DNA of 64,000 bases from an uncultured Bacteroidales bacterium (GTDB lineage Bacteria; Bacteroidota; Bacteroidia; Bacteroidales; VadinHA17): positions 79,724 through 143,723 of the forward strand of contig CAVVRY010000016.1 in the NCBI GenBank assembly GCA_963750735.1, written 5' to 3'. Of this stretch, positions 29,487 to 39,902 are shown in pieces (positions within the stretch are counted from its first letter, which is position 1; every line of letters starts with the position of its first letter). The position numbers were made by a program, and so were the translations under genes. The notes under the pieces are model-generated. The model ran no database searches, was not told where the DNA came from, and saw only the letters and a program-made list of their open reading frames with translations.

Positions 29487-29512
29487 AAAATGCAAAATAT
29501 ATATTGCATTTT
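29487..29512. promoter_or_regulatory. 26-bp palindrome, candidate operator of the XRE regulator
   Basis: aaaatgcaa (29487-29495) and ttgcatttt (29504-29512) are perfect inverted repeats around an 8-nt AT core. They lie 26-51 nt upstream of the XRE start. Confidence 0.45.
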
Positions 29513-29604
29513 ATTTAAATATTTACTGATTTTACTTCAATTTGTGTGGCATTAGGAGTTTTTATCAGGTCATTTCTATTGGATCGCTAATCCATTTTGA
29601 AATC

Positions 29605-32600
29605 CTATTTAGAATCAATTGTTTCAAGGGTATTTATGCGAATCAATACCTCATTGGAATAAATTTTATCAAGCATAATATTTTTCTGAAAGTTGCCCCA
29701 GCTCAGGTCAACATAATCCATCTCATTGTTTGCAAAAAGTATTATTTTTTCTCTTGATTTCGCAATTCTGCAATTAATTTCCCCATTTCCTATAACTGAT
29801 AGAATAAGTTGTCCTTTTTCAAATATATTATAGGTTTCTACATTTTCTTTCATTGATTTAGCAATATTTGTAAGCCTGTTGCCAGCTATTTCATCCTCAA
29901 TTCCATCGTAATAGAAGCTTTTTCCATCCTGGTTCCAGCTTTTCATTGGATCAGTTCTATAACTTTTCTGATGTGCTGAATATAGGGAAGCTTTTCCTTT
30001 GGGAGCAGAAAGATGGTCAGATGGATAAAATGTCCAATATGAGTTTCTTTCCCATGAAAGCGTATCAATGATATCATCCAATTCAAATTTTATCCCTAAT
30101 TCTCGAATATATTCCTGAGGCATATTTTCAATTTGATATTGTGTTTTTATTTCACCAATTGAATTTATTCCCAAACTAAATTCAACGGGAATAGAATTAT
30201 TATATACCCCTTTGATTGATATTGAAACACCCTCATCTGAAGGCTCATAGCTAAAGTGTTTTAATCTCCAATTTTGGTCAAACTCATTTATTTTATGGTA
30301 TGAGTACATTACAGCTTTACCTTTAGTCCTCAGGTTGAGGGAGGGACCTGAAAGAGCAAAAGATCCTGAGCTATTTTGGATTTTATTTATAAATCCGGTT
30401 TTCTTATTAAAGATTATTCGTGTATCGTTTTCACAAATAACACTGACAGTACTTTTATCCTCTATAACTTCTACTTTTTGCAGGTTTCTACTATTTCTGA
30501 TAAGATCATTATTTGATTTAAGATTAACCATATATTTATCAATCAGATTGTTATCCTGGCTGGAAAACTCAAGGATTATAGGTTCATCTGGTTCCAAATC
30601 ATACAAAGGGATCAACAATTCACCTTTGCTATGAGGCTTAATGTCAGGTGCCTCAATCGTGTTTTCACTTCCTTTGTAAATATATTTTATTGTGAGCTCA
30701 CTTATGTTTGTATGGTCAAATCGATTGTAAACTGGAAGTGAGACAGGCTCCCCCTTTGAATAGTTCTTTATTTCTGTTTGCAGAAGTTTTACAGGAGAAT
30801 ACGCCTTTTTTGTATTCCAGAACTCAGGCTTTTTTCTTCGCCATGTATCTACAATCCCCCATTCTCCATATCCAACTGTATGGCCTGTATATGCTGCTGG
30901 GATTACATTTTTATCAATTTTCCCCCACCACTCATTATAGCCAGGTAAATTAGCCGGTAACATAAAGGTTTCATCTATCATACCCCAAATGGCTCCCCCA
31001 AGGCCACCATCAGCTTCAAAGGTCTTTTGCCACATGGTATCCAGACTCCTTCCCCAAAAATCTCTGATATTTGGATCTTCCATCAGGGTAAAATTATTAT
31101 AACAGGCCACATGAGCCCACTCATCAAAAATCACAGGCATTTCAGAATATCCAAAATCTTCTGGTTTCTATAGCATATTGACTCAAATTCCCTGATATAT
31201 CAGGATAATGCATGCTTAAAATATTATAACACTGAAGGCTATCTGGTACATTACCAGGATAGCTATAAATAATTGGGCGAGAACCATCATTTGCTTTTAC
31301 CCATTCATATGATTTGATAAAATTACTGCCAAATGAATTTTCATTGCCTATTGACCAGATAATTACGGATGGGTGGTTTTTGTGATTCATAACCATTTCC
31401 TCCAGCTGGGACAGGTATCTTTTCGTAAAAGCAGGATCACTTTCTGAGGCTCCGGGAGAATATTCAGCAGTTCTGTGAGATCCCACAAAACATACTGCCG
31501 TTTCGGATTCAACGTATAAACCATATTCATCACATAATTTCAGGAAGTTCTCTGTGGGTGGATAATGAGAAGTCCGTGATAAAATTCATATTCGCCTCTT
31601 TGGCGATAAGTACATCTTTAAGTTCATATTCCGGAGTAGAAACTCTCCCAAGCAAAGGATGGATATCATGCCGGTTGGCACCTCTAAGCTTAATTTCCCT
31701 GCCATTTACAAATAGCTTATTACCAATTATTTCTACTTCCCGAAATCCAATTTTATATTCTTTTTGCCATAATTTCCTATCGTCTTCCAGGTATGAGATT
31801 TTTAACTTATATAGATTAGGATGTTCAGCATCCCACTTATTTGGATTCTTAATTAGATTTATAATTTGGAAGGTTCCATCGCTATTGGGTGAAATTTGAG
31901 TTGCTTTGAGATGGACCTTTTTTCCAAGGATATTGAATAATTCAAGTTTTATTCTGGCATTACTTGTCTCCTTTAAAGTTTTTCCTGAGACGATAAGGGA
32001 TGCATGCTGATAATTCTCATCTAAATCAGTTTCGATTGAAATATTTTTTGGATAATTATGAGGCAATATCAATAGGCGAACATCACGAAGAATACCTCCT
32101 ATTTGATGTTTTGCATACCCACTTGCGTAGGATATTTCATCTGCCTTATCTGTAACTTCCATTGTAAGCATGACTTCTTCCCCCGCTTTTACAAATGGTG
32201 TAATATCACATTCCCATCGGGTAAAACCACCTGAGTGATCCCTTATAAAATTCCCATTTATCCATACTCTGGCGTAACTATAAACTCCGTCGAATTGCAG
32301 CATTACTTTCTTATTCTGGAGATCTTCAGGTATGTTGATGCTCTTTTTATATACAAATGGTTTATCGTGTTTTATCGGAAATCCCTGCATCATACATTCA
32401 CCCGGAACCTGAATATCCTTCCAATCCTCTGAAAAAATATCATCTTTCCAAAATTCTCCTGTGGGATTTACATTTATTTTCCAGGTTCCATTGAGGTTTA
32501 CAATAGGATTATCCGCATCAGAAGTTCTAATATATGAAGAGTCAGTCTGACAGCAATTGAATAGCAAGATAAGGGCAAATACAATTAAGAGTCTTGTCAT
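29605..32600 (-). pseudogene. GH2 family beta-galactosidase-like glycoside hydrolase, two frame breaks
   Basis: Lipoprotein-like N-terminus, sugar-binding and Ig-like domains, then a TIM barrel with SVIIWSIGNE (acid/base) and PVIFDEWAH. The fragments 31530..32600, 31142..31486 and 29605..31140 join as NFI/RTSHYPPTENFLKLCDEYGLYV (extra base about 31577) and YAIE/KPEDFGYSEMPVIFDEW (extra base about 31165). Confidence 0.85.
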
Positions 32601-32643
32601 TTTTTCATATTTTTTGGGTCGAATGTCCTTTGTGTTTGTTCAT

Positions 32644-33090
32644 TTACTCCCTAATAAGTTCTTCAATAATATCAATTGAATCTGAAACACATTTCTCACA
32701 TACTTTTTCATACAAATTATTTTCCCTTGCATAGTTTTGACCTTCTTCAGTTTTCAAATCACAATTCAACAAGGAACTACAATCCATTGTTCCGTGAATG
32801 GAAATAAAATTATCACTGAATTTTTGTATCATAAAATTGGTTTTCTCTTTGCTCTTTTTATCGTCCATATAAATTCGGGAATTGTATTGGCTAAGTACCA
32901 TAAATGATCCAGTAACAGCTCCACATGTAAGTTGTAACTTACCCATTCCACCCCCAAATCCACTTGCAATATCCTTTGCCAGCTTATTATCAATATTCAG
33001 TTCAGGGGCATAAGTTGTTAAAACCGATTGTGCACAGTTTAATCCATTTCTAAATGATTCGACACCAATATCTGCAGGCTTTTTTTTCAT
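32644..33090 (-). CDS. C_GCAxxG_C_C family protein
   Basis: 148 aa with NCAQSVL near the N-terminus, TCGAVTG mid-protein and paired C-terminal Cys (CEKC). Confidence 0.7.
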   Translation of the reverse strand: MKKKPADIGVESFRNGLNCAQSVLTTYAPELNIDNKLAKDIASGFGGGMGKLQLTCGAVTGSFMVLSQYNSRIYMDDKKSKEKTNFMIQKFSDNFISIHGTMDCSSLLNCDLKTEEGQNYARENNLYEKVCEKCVSDSIDIIEELIRE

Positions 33091-33308
33091 TTGTTAGGAT
33101 TTTAGCGGTTGTTTTTGTAGAAATTAGTTGAGAGGATGCTTACGAAGATATTAAAAAATGCAAAAACCATGTGCAATACATATTCAAAGACACGAAAATT
33201 TGCTATAACCAAACTAATCCTTTAGTGGTTTATTTGTCTGAGAATGAATGCTTTGATATAGTCAAATACTTTGGTCTGCGTCTTTAATCAATCTTACCAA
33301 TTTTCATT

Positions 33309-33316
33309 TATCTTTG
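33309..33316 (+). promoter_or_regulatory. TAnnTTTG -7 box upstream of the EamA gene
   Basis: tatctttg lies 17 nt before the ATG at 33334. Confidence 0.35.
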
Positions 33317-33333
33317 TCGCTTATTTCTAGTTC

Positions 33334-34236
33334 ATGACAGACAATTCTAAAGGGATATTATACGCAATATTTACTGCTTCTCTCTGGGGATTTCTGGCGA
33401 TTGCTTTAAAAGTTGCTGTTACAGACCTGTCACCTGTCACCGTTGTCTGGTTTAGGTTTACTACTGCCTTTATACTCCTTGCTATCTTGACGTTTATATT
33501 TAAAAGAAGTGATTTTAATATTTACCGGAAACCTCCATGGCTTCTTGTACTTACTGCGTTTTTTCTAGGTTTTAATTACCTGGGATTCATATCCGGTATT
33601 AAGTTTGTTAGTCCATCTTCTTCTCAGGTGTTTATTATGATTGCCCCTGTGACTTTTGCACTTTCTGGGATTGTCATTTTTAAGGAACAGGTAAACTGGC
33701 GGCATATAGTAGGATTTTGCCTCGTGATTGCAGGAATATTTTTGTTTTATTCAGAACAGATTTCTGCGTTAACGGGGACTGGTAACAATTTTACAAAGGG
33801 AATGTTGTTAATTATGGCGGGTGGACTTTCCTGGACTGTCTTTGCTTCCTTACAAAAACAACTGGTTAAGAAATATACTCCCAACCAGCTGAACCTATTT
33901 ATATACAGCTTATGTTCACTTTTGTTTCTGCCTTTTGCTCAGTTTTCAAAGTTTGGTGGACTTTCCACCGGTGATTGGATTCTATTAAGCTATCTGGGCT
34001 TGAATACAGTTTTAGCATATGGTTCCCTGTCATTGGCAATCAAGTATACAGAGGCAAATAAAGTAAGTGTTATAATCACCATGAACCCTGTTATAACATT
34101 TATCTCAATGGCGATTCTTGGGAAAATGAAAGTTTCATGGATAGAGCCGGAGTCTTTTACCATTTTCAGCATTGTTGGTGCTTTCATAGTACTCGTAGGG
34201 GCAATGGTAGTGATTATGGCTGGAAAGCGAAAATAA
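33334..34236 (+). CDS. DMT superfamily (EamA) transporter
   Basis: 300 aa with a duplicated 5-helix EamA layout. Confidence 0.85.
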   Translation: MTDNSKGILYAIFTASLWGFLAIALKVAVTDLSPVTVVWFRFTTAFILLAILTFIFKRSDFNIYRKPPWLLVLTAFFLGFNYLGFISGIKFVSPSSSQVFIMIAPVTFALSGIVIFKEQVNWRHIVGFCLVIAGIFLFYSEQISALTGTGNNFTKGMLLIMAGGLSWTVFASLQKQLVKKYTPNQLNLFIYSLCSLLFLPFAQFSKFGGLSTGDWILLSYLGLNTVLAYGSLSLAIKYTEANKVSVIITMNPVITFISMAILGKMKVSWIEPESFTIFSIVGAFIVLVGAMVVIMAGKRK

Positions 34237-34291
34237 TTTGTAAGGTCAGTTATTTTTGTTATCCAAGCTTTCGAATTCCTTTTTAAATAGT

Positions 34292-34960
34292 TTAGTTCGC
34301 AATTAAATTCCGATCAAACTCATCAAAATGTTTAATTTTCGGGTAGGGATACTCATCAAAATTCTCATTATTTGAATCAACTATTATGATATTACCCACT
34401 CTGGCGTTACTTGCAGCTTCAATTCCTGATATGGAATCTTCAAATACTATTGTGTGATCTTTACTTATATTCATCTTTTCAATTGCATTTATAAAGAGAT
34501 CAGGGAAAGGCTTACCTCTCATTGATCCATCATTATAAATTATGTTTTCATACCTGAAATATTTAAGCAGATTGAACTTTTCAATAAAAAAATCAACATT
34601 TGCCTTACCTGAAGCTGTGGCAATAGACAATTTTATATTCAACTCACTCAAAAATTCCAGTAGAGATAGTGCTCCAGGTGCGAATTCCATTGGATGTTTT
34701 AAACACTCGCTTCTGTAGATAACTTCTTTATCTTCAGTTAATTTTTCAATTTCCAATGGTGAAAAAGACTTCTTGAAAATGTATTCAAAGCTGTCCTTGC
34801 CATTTCTGCCATGTATATATTCTTTCTTTTCAGCTTCATTCAACTGAATACCATGGATTTCTAAATATTTATCCCATGAATCATTCTGAATACTGGTATC
34901 CCAATACAGTGTGCCATTAAAATCAAAGATTACACCATATTTACTCAAATTTCTTCCCAT
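34292..34960 (-). CDS. HAD superfamily hydrolase (beta-phosphoglucomutase-like subfamily IA)
   Basis: Motif I is VIFDFNGTL, motif II SIATAS, then K at GKPFPD and motif IV FEDSISG. Confidence 0.8.
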   Translation of the reverse strand: MGRNLSKYGVIFDFNGTLYWDTSIQNDSWDKYLEIHGIQLNEAEKKEYIHGRNGKDSFEYIFKKSFSPLEIEKLTEDKEVIYRSECLKHPMEFAPGALSLLEFLSELNIKLSIATASGKANVDFFIEKFNLLKYFRYENIIYNDGSMRGKPFPDLFINAIEKMNISKDHTIVFEDSISGIEAASNARVGNIIIVDSNNENFDEYPYPKIKHFDEFDRNLIAN

Positions 34961-35018
34961 TAAGAGTATTTGTTGTGGATTGAGTCAGAAAGATAATTTG
35001 ATAAAGCCTTATTAAGTT

Positions 35019-36341
35019 CTAAACAATCAGCTCAAGGTTTTGCTGGGCAGCAGCCAGCAGCGGACGGGTCCAAACGCCATATTTGCATGCTTTTTCACAA
35101 AAACCTTCACAACTTGAGCACAATTCTGATGGCTTCTTTGAGTTCAAACGGGCAAATTTAGTCATAGCCCTTTTTTCCTGCTGTTTCACACTGAAATAGT
35201 AATTGTACCGCAGTATTTTATTTACTGGCATATGATGTGGACAGGCAGCTTCACAATCGTTGCATCCAAGCCTGCAGGCTGTGTGACCCAGGTGATCCTG
35301 GTATCCGTTAAGCACCAATTCATCCCTGTCAGTAAGTTTTTGACCTGATAGTTGCAAAATATTTTGCACATCATCGAAATTCTGGAAATCCCAGACTGTA
35401 GTATGGGCTTTTGGATTGGATAAAACAAAGCGAGATGCTGCATTATTTAGCTCTTTTTCATTTGTAATCCCATACTTGGCAAAAAAGCTGCTTGCATCCT
35501 CATTCATTACTTTGTATTTATCGTAAAATGCCTTGGTATATTCATCAACCTCCTTACCCGCTTCGGCCATTTTTGCAAGCCTGCCTTCCAACATGCCGTA
35601 AATATGAACAGGATTTGATTTCATAATAATGGTTGCAATACCTTTTTTGTCACAGGCTTCCAGAATTTTCTCAGCTATGTCTGCATTAACAAAATTGTAA
35701 GCAAGGAGAATTACATCAAACCGGCCATCATTTATTGCAGCCATAAGAATAGTCTCCAGGTTTTCATCCGTATTATATGCCCAATTATTGCCATGACATG
35801 ATACCCCTAAATGCTTGACTTTCCCCTCTTTTTTCATTTGCTCCATACCTGCATGAAAAGCTTCATCCTTAAGAATGGCAGAGTTTTCAGCAGAGTGGAT
35901 TTGCATGCAGTCAACATAATCGGTTTTTAGTCTTTCCAAACTTTCATTTGTTCGCCTAATAACATCTTCTTTTGAAGGGAATGGTTCTTCAGTATATAAT
36001 TTTGTGTTTATAAAAAGCTTACTGCGGTCGAAATCCTGAATTACGTTTCCTATCATTCTTTCACTATTCCCGTTCATATACACCTCACCAGTATCAATAA
36101 GATTTACGCCACTATTTAACAGAGCCTTTAAAACAGCTTCATTTGTGGGATTTCCGCTACTAAAATCAGATACCTTAAAGCCGGTGTTACCAAATTTTCT
36201 ATACTCTTTTACAATGGCAGATTCAGAGTTGATGGATGTATGACCTGTTGCAAATGTTCCGGTTGAGACTATTCCAGCTCCCATTGCTCCAATAGAGGCC
36301 CTTTTAATGAATTTTCGACGATTAAGTTTTGAGGATTCCAT
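35019..36341 (-). CDS. Tat-exported aldo/keto reductase with C-terminal Cys-rich FeS domain
   Basis: Twin-arginine signal NRRKFIKRASIGAMGAG. The AKR core contains GVNLIDTGEVYMNGNSERMIG. The C-terminus has CRLGCNDCEAACP and CSSCEGFCEKAC clusters. Confidence 0.8.
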   Translation of the reverse strand: MESSKLNRRKFIKRASIGAMGAGIVSTGTFATGHTSINSESAIVKEYRKFGNTGFKVSDFSSGNPTNEAVLKALLNSGVNLIDTGEVYMNGNSERMIGNVIQDFDRSKLFINTKLYTEEPFPSKEDVIRRTNESLERLKTDYVDCMQIHSAENSAILKDEAFHAGMEQMKKEGKVKHLGVSCHGNNWAYNTDENLETILMAAINDGRFDVILLAYNFVNADIAEKILEACDKKGIATIIMKSNPVHIYGMLEGRLAKMAEAGKEVDEYTKAFYDKYKVMNEDASSFFAKYGITNEKELNNAASRFVLSNPKAHTTVWDFQNFDDVQNILQLSGQKLTDRDELVLNGYQDHLGHTACRLGCNDCEAACPHHMPVNKILRYNYYFSVKQQEKRAMTKFARLNSKKPSELCSSCEGFCEKACKYGVWTRPLLAAAQQNLELIV

Positions 36342-36462
36342 GGCTGATGTTTTTATGTTATTTCGAAAATTACAAAATCTTTAGGTTAAAACAATTCTAA
36401 ACTACCTTGAGAGCCTATAACCCAGTAGATATCTTGTCAAATTAATACTGAAAATAGGGGGT

Positions 36463-36840
36463 TCAATCAGTTTTACCAGGAATAAAATAGTAATTGCATA
36501 GAAATAAGGTGCCGGTAAGGATAGGCAATCCAATCATTATCCAGGTGCCATACATGAGGTTTAAAGGACCACCAAAAAAGAATATCATGAAAATTCCGAT
36601 TCCTATTAACAGAATTCCTCCAATATGTTCCCATTGCCATGCAACATAAAGGATAATAAGTAAAGCAAACGTGAATATATTATGCATAAGAAATGCTAAA
36701 ATTGTCTTCCAGAAAGAGTAGCCTTCAGAAAATACATCAAAGGAAAACATCATGAAAAAAAGGGTTGCCAGAATTAGAAAAATTCTCAACCCCCATGTCA
36801 GGTGCTTGCTTCCCCTTTTTGTTTTTTTTGGATTTTCCAT
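36463..36840 (-). CDS. membrane protein (four hydrophobic helices), unknown function
   Basis: 125-aa ORF, hydrophobic throughout. No family recognised. Confidence 0.5.
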   Translation of the reverse strand: MENPKKTKRGSKHLTWGLRIFLILATLFFMMFSFDVFSEGYSFWKTILAFLMHNIFTFALLIILYVAWQWEHIGGILLIGIGIFMIFFFGGPLNLMYGTWIMIGLPILTGTLFLCNYYFIPGKTD

Positions 36841-37054
36841 TTTTAAAAATTGCTATAATATACTGGAAAAGATACAATGAATAAATTGATTAGGCATTCT
36901 TTTTTTCTAAAAACGAACATGAATTTAAAATATTTAATCTTTTAAAAATCTTTAAATGACAGAATATTAATACATTAAATTTATTTTTCAAGAAACAACC
37001 TTCAATTCCTGTATATTTTTTCAACTTTTAATTTGGATATTTAAGTAAGTTATT

Positions 37055-37062
37055 TAATTTTG
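37055..37062 (+). promoter_or_regulatory. TAnnTTTG -7 box of the TetR/efflux operon
   Basis: taattttg lies 22 nt before the ATG at 37085. Confidence 0.35.
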
Positions 37063-37063
37063 T

Positions 37064-37085
37064 TATTTAATAGAGTTATTAAATA
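37064..37085. promoter_or_regulatory. inverted repeat, candidate TetR operator
   Basis: tatttaata (37064-37072) and tattaaata (37077-37085) are perfect 9-bp inverted repeats with a 4-nt spacer. They sit directly between the -7 box and the start codon. The sequence is AT-only, so a chance palindrome is possible. Confidence 0.35.
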
Positions 37086-37705
37086 TGTCGATTAAAGAAA
37101 ATAAGGATAGAGAGAAAATCATTCTGGAAGCTGCAACCAAACTTTTTTTGGACAAAGGTTTTGCCTCAACATCCACTACGGAAATTGCCAAAGAAGCAGG
37201 TTGTAATCAGGCCCTTGTTCATTATTATTTCCGTACCAAGGAGCGCTTATTTGAAGCTGTTTTTGCAGAGAAATTTCAGAATTTCGCTTCCAATATTCTA
37301 CAGATTAATAAAGGTGATTTTACTTTTGAGGAAAAGCTCAGGATGAAGATAGAATCTCATTTTGATATGCTAATGGAGAATCCGAAACTTCCCTTGCTTA
37401 TTGCTTATGAGATGAACACAAATCCCGATCGCTTGCAATCAATGAAAGAAAAGTTAAGCGAACTTCCAACTGTTGTCTTTACTAATTTTCAGGCGGAATT
37501 AGATGTGGAAATTAAAAAAGGAAATATTCGAGAAACAAAGGTGATAGACTTGATTTTTAACATTTTTGCACTAAATATCTCTGTCTTTTTAATAGGGCCA
37601 ATAATGAAGTCATTTATAGGGCTATCAGATGAGGAATTTATCAATCTGGTTAATCATAGAAGAACAGAAAACGTGAACATTATACTAAGAGGTTTACGAC
37701 CGTAA
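37085..37705 (+). CDS. TetR/AcrR family transcriptional regulator
   Basis: The N-terminal HTH is FASTSTTEIAKEAGCNQALVHYYFRTKERLF. Confidence 0.9.
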   Translation: MSIKENKDREKIILEAATKLFLDKGFASTSTTEIAKEAGCNQALVHYYFRTKERLFEAVFAEKFQNFASNILQINKGDFTFEEKLRMKIESHFDMLMENPKLPLLIAYEMNTNPDRLQSMKEKLSELPTVVFTNFQAELDVEIKKGNIRETKVIDLIFNIFALNISVFLIGPIMKSFIGLSDEEFINLVNHRRTENVNIILRGLRP

Positions 37706-37716
37706 ATTATAATCCA

Positions 37717-38985
37717 ATGAAACTACGAACAAGAATTCTAATACAGGCATTTGTTTTAATGCTATACCTGGGCCCAGGGGCAATGTTTGCACAACAAAAT
37801 TTGGATTCCTGCCAGATAAAAGCACTTAAAAATTATCCTTTAATCCAGCAATATGGTTTGATAGAGCAGTCAAAGGAATTGACGCTGTCAAATGCCAATA
37901 AGGCTTATTTGCCTCAACTGGATATTACTCTAATTGGAGGTATTATTGAAGGTATGCCCAGTTTTGCTCCTCCGGGAACTGAGTCGTCCTCTTCCACTGA
38001 AGCCAACCTGATTTCCTTGGTTCAATTCAATCAAGTTATCTGGGATGGAGGCATGACCAAAGCGAGCAAAAGCATTATTAAAGCCAGTTCAGAAATTGAA
38101 AAAGCTGATATGGAGGTTAACTTATACCAGATAAAGGACCGTGTTAACAACATATATTTCGGTGTATTGCTAATAAATGAGCAAATTGCTCAGTTGAATT
38201 TGTTGAAAGAAACCCTTGAGCGCAATCAAAAGCGAGTAAATAATGCAATTGAAAATGGAACAGCTTTTAAGTCTGATGCAGATGAGTTGAAAGTTGAACT
38301 AATCAACATTCAACAAAAAAAGGCTGAACTTGAATACAATAAGCAGGCATACATAAAAGTCCTTTCTGCAATGATAGGGGAAGAAATTAAAGAAGATGAG
38401 GAATTTGTCCGCCCCATTCTGGGAACCACTGTTGAGACCTTAACAGTCAATCGACCGGAATTGCTAAAATTTGAACAACAGCGTGCCTTGATTGACGCGC
38501 AGGCAAAGTTGAACAAAGCAATGCTTTTTCCTAAAGTCGGATTAATGGGATTTGGTGTATTCTTAACACCGGGAGTAGAATTTGGCACTTCAAACTTAAC
38601 AAACGTGTTTGTTGCGGGACTAAGTCTGTCGTGGAACCTGGGGCCAGTGTATAAAAATGGAAACAATAAAAAGCTAAGCCAGATTAGCTTGCAACGCATC
38701 CAAAATCAAGAAGAGACTTTTTTGTTTAACACGAATTTAGAGTTGAGCCAGACAGAAATGGAATTAAAAAAGTACAGTAAGCTAATTGAGCAGGATCGAG
38801 AACTCTTTGAACTTAAAAATAGTATTAAAGAAGCCTATATTGTAAAATACGATAATGGTGTAGCAACCATGTCTGATATGCTGGATCGAATCAACGATGA
38901 AAATGTAGCAAAACAGAACATGATTTTGCATGAAATTCAATATTTAATGAAGGCTTACCAATACCTTAATAAATCAGGAAATTAA
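37717..38985 (+). CDS. TolC family outer-membrane efflux protein
   Basis: Signal peptide and two OEP-type coiled-coil/strand repeats, 422 aa. Confidence 0.85.
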   Translation: MKLRTRILIQAFVLMLYLGPGAMFAQQNLDSCQIKALKNYPLIQQYGLIEQSKELTLSNANKAYLPQLDITLIGGIIEGMPSFAPPGTESSSSTEANLISLVQFNQVIWDGGMTKASKSIIKASSEIEKADMEVNLYQIKDRVNNIYFGVLLINEQIAQLNLLKETLERNQKRVNNAIENGTAFKSDADELKVELINIQQKKAELEYNKQAYIKVLSAMIGEEIKEDEEFVRPILGTTVETLTVNRPELLKFEQQRALIDAQAKLNKAMLFPKVGLMGFGVFLTPGVEFGTSNLTNVFVAGLSLSWNLGPVYKNGNNKKLSQISLQRIQNQEETFLFNTNLELSQTEMELKKYSKLIEQDRELFELKNSIKEAYIVKYDNGVATMSDMLDRINDENVAKQNMILHEIQYLMKAYQYLNKSGN

Positions 38986-39001
38986 TCTATAAATAACAAC
39001 G

Positions 39002-39902
39002 ATGAAAGCACTTAACTACCTACTAATCTTATTTTTACATTCTATTTCATTCATGTTCGCCAGATGAAAATGGAACCGATGCCACAGGTGTATTTGAAGC
39101 CACTGAGATTATTGTTTCAGCCGAATCATCTGGCAAAATTCTTTCTTTCTCCATTCAGGAAGGAGATGAGTTAAACCAGGATGATATACTGGGTCAAATT
39201 GACAGCACTCAATTGTACTTGAATAAGCTACAGGTTGAAGCCAATCAATTAGCATTACTTTCGAGTAGACCGGATGTGCAATCACAATTAGATGGAATTG
39301 AAAGAGAAATCGATAAAGCTGAATTTGAGAAAAAGCGAATAGAAAAACTATTGAAAGGGGATGTGGCAACACAGAAACAACTGGATGATGTCAACGCACA
39401 ACTTGAGATTCTCAGGGCTAACTTAAAGGCTAAAAAAAGAGCTCTAACTATAAGTACTGAAGCTATCGATGCCCAAAGCGAAGCAATGGAAGCTCAGATT
39501 GATCTGATCAATGATCAATTGGCAAGAAGCACTATAACAAGCCCAATCGACGGAACAGTATTGGTTAAGTATGCTGAAGAAGGAGAACTAACCGGGATGG
39601 GCAAACCACTATTTAAAGTAGCTGATTTGGATCGGATGATCTTGCGGGCATATGTTACAGCAAACCAGTTGCCAAAAATTCAAATCGGTCAATCTGTAAT
39701 AGTATTGGCTGAGTTTGGAGAAGATGAGAACCGTGAATATGAGGGGAAGATTAGCTGGATCTCGGCCAAATCAGAGTTCACTCCAAAAACCATCCAAACC
39801 CAGGATGAACGGGCAAACCTGGTGTATGCAGTTAAAATAGCTGTCCCCAATGATGGAAATTTGAAGATTGGGATGTACGGTGGAATTAAAATCTCTGAAT
39901 AA
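39002..39902 (+). pseudogene. HlyD/YbhG-type membrane-fusion lipoprotein, frame broken in the signal peptide
   Basis: MKALNYLLILF (frame 2) continues as ILFHSCSPDENGTDATGVFEATEIIVSAESSGKILSFSIQEGDEL... (frame 3), followed by a coiled coil and beta-barrel. The break is at the T5 run 39032-39036. A lipobox-like FHSC is restored after correction. Confidence 0.8.

Noticed and set aside
34922-34948. HAD motif I reads DFNGT (Asn instead of the second Asp)
   Set aside because: This is a single-residue deviation that one G-to-A change could produce. Without an alignment I cannot tell whether it is a subfamily trait, an error or a functional change.
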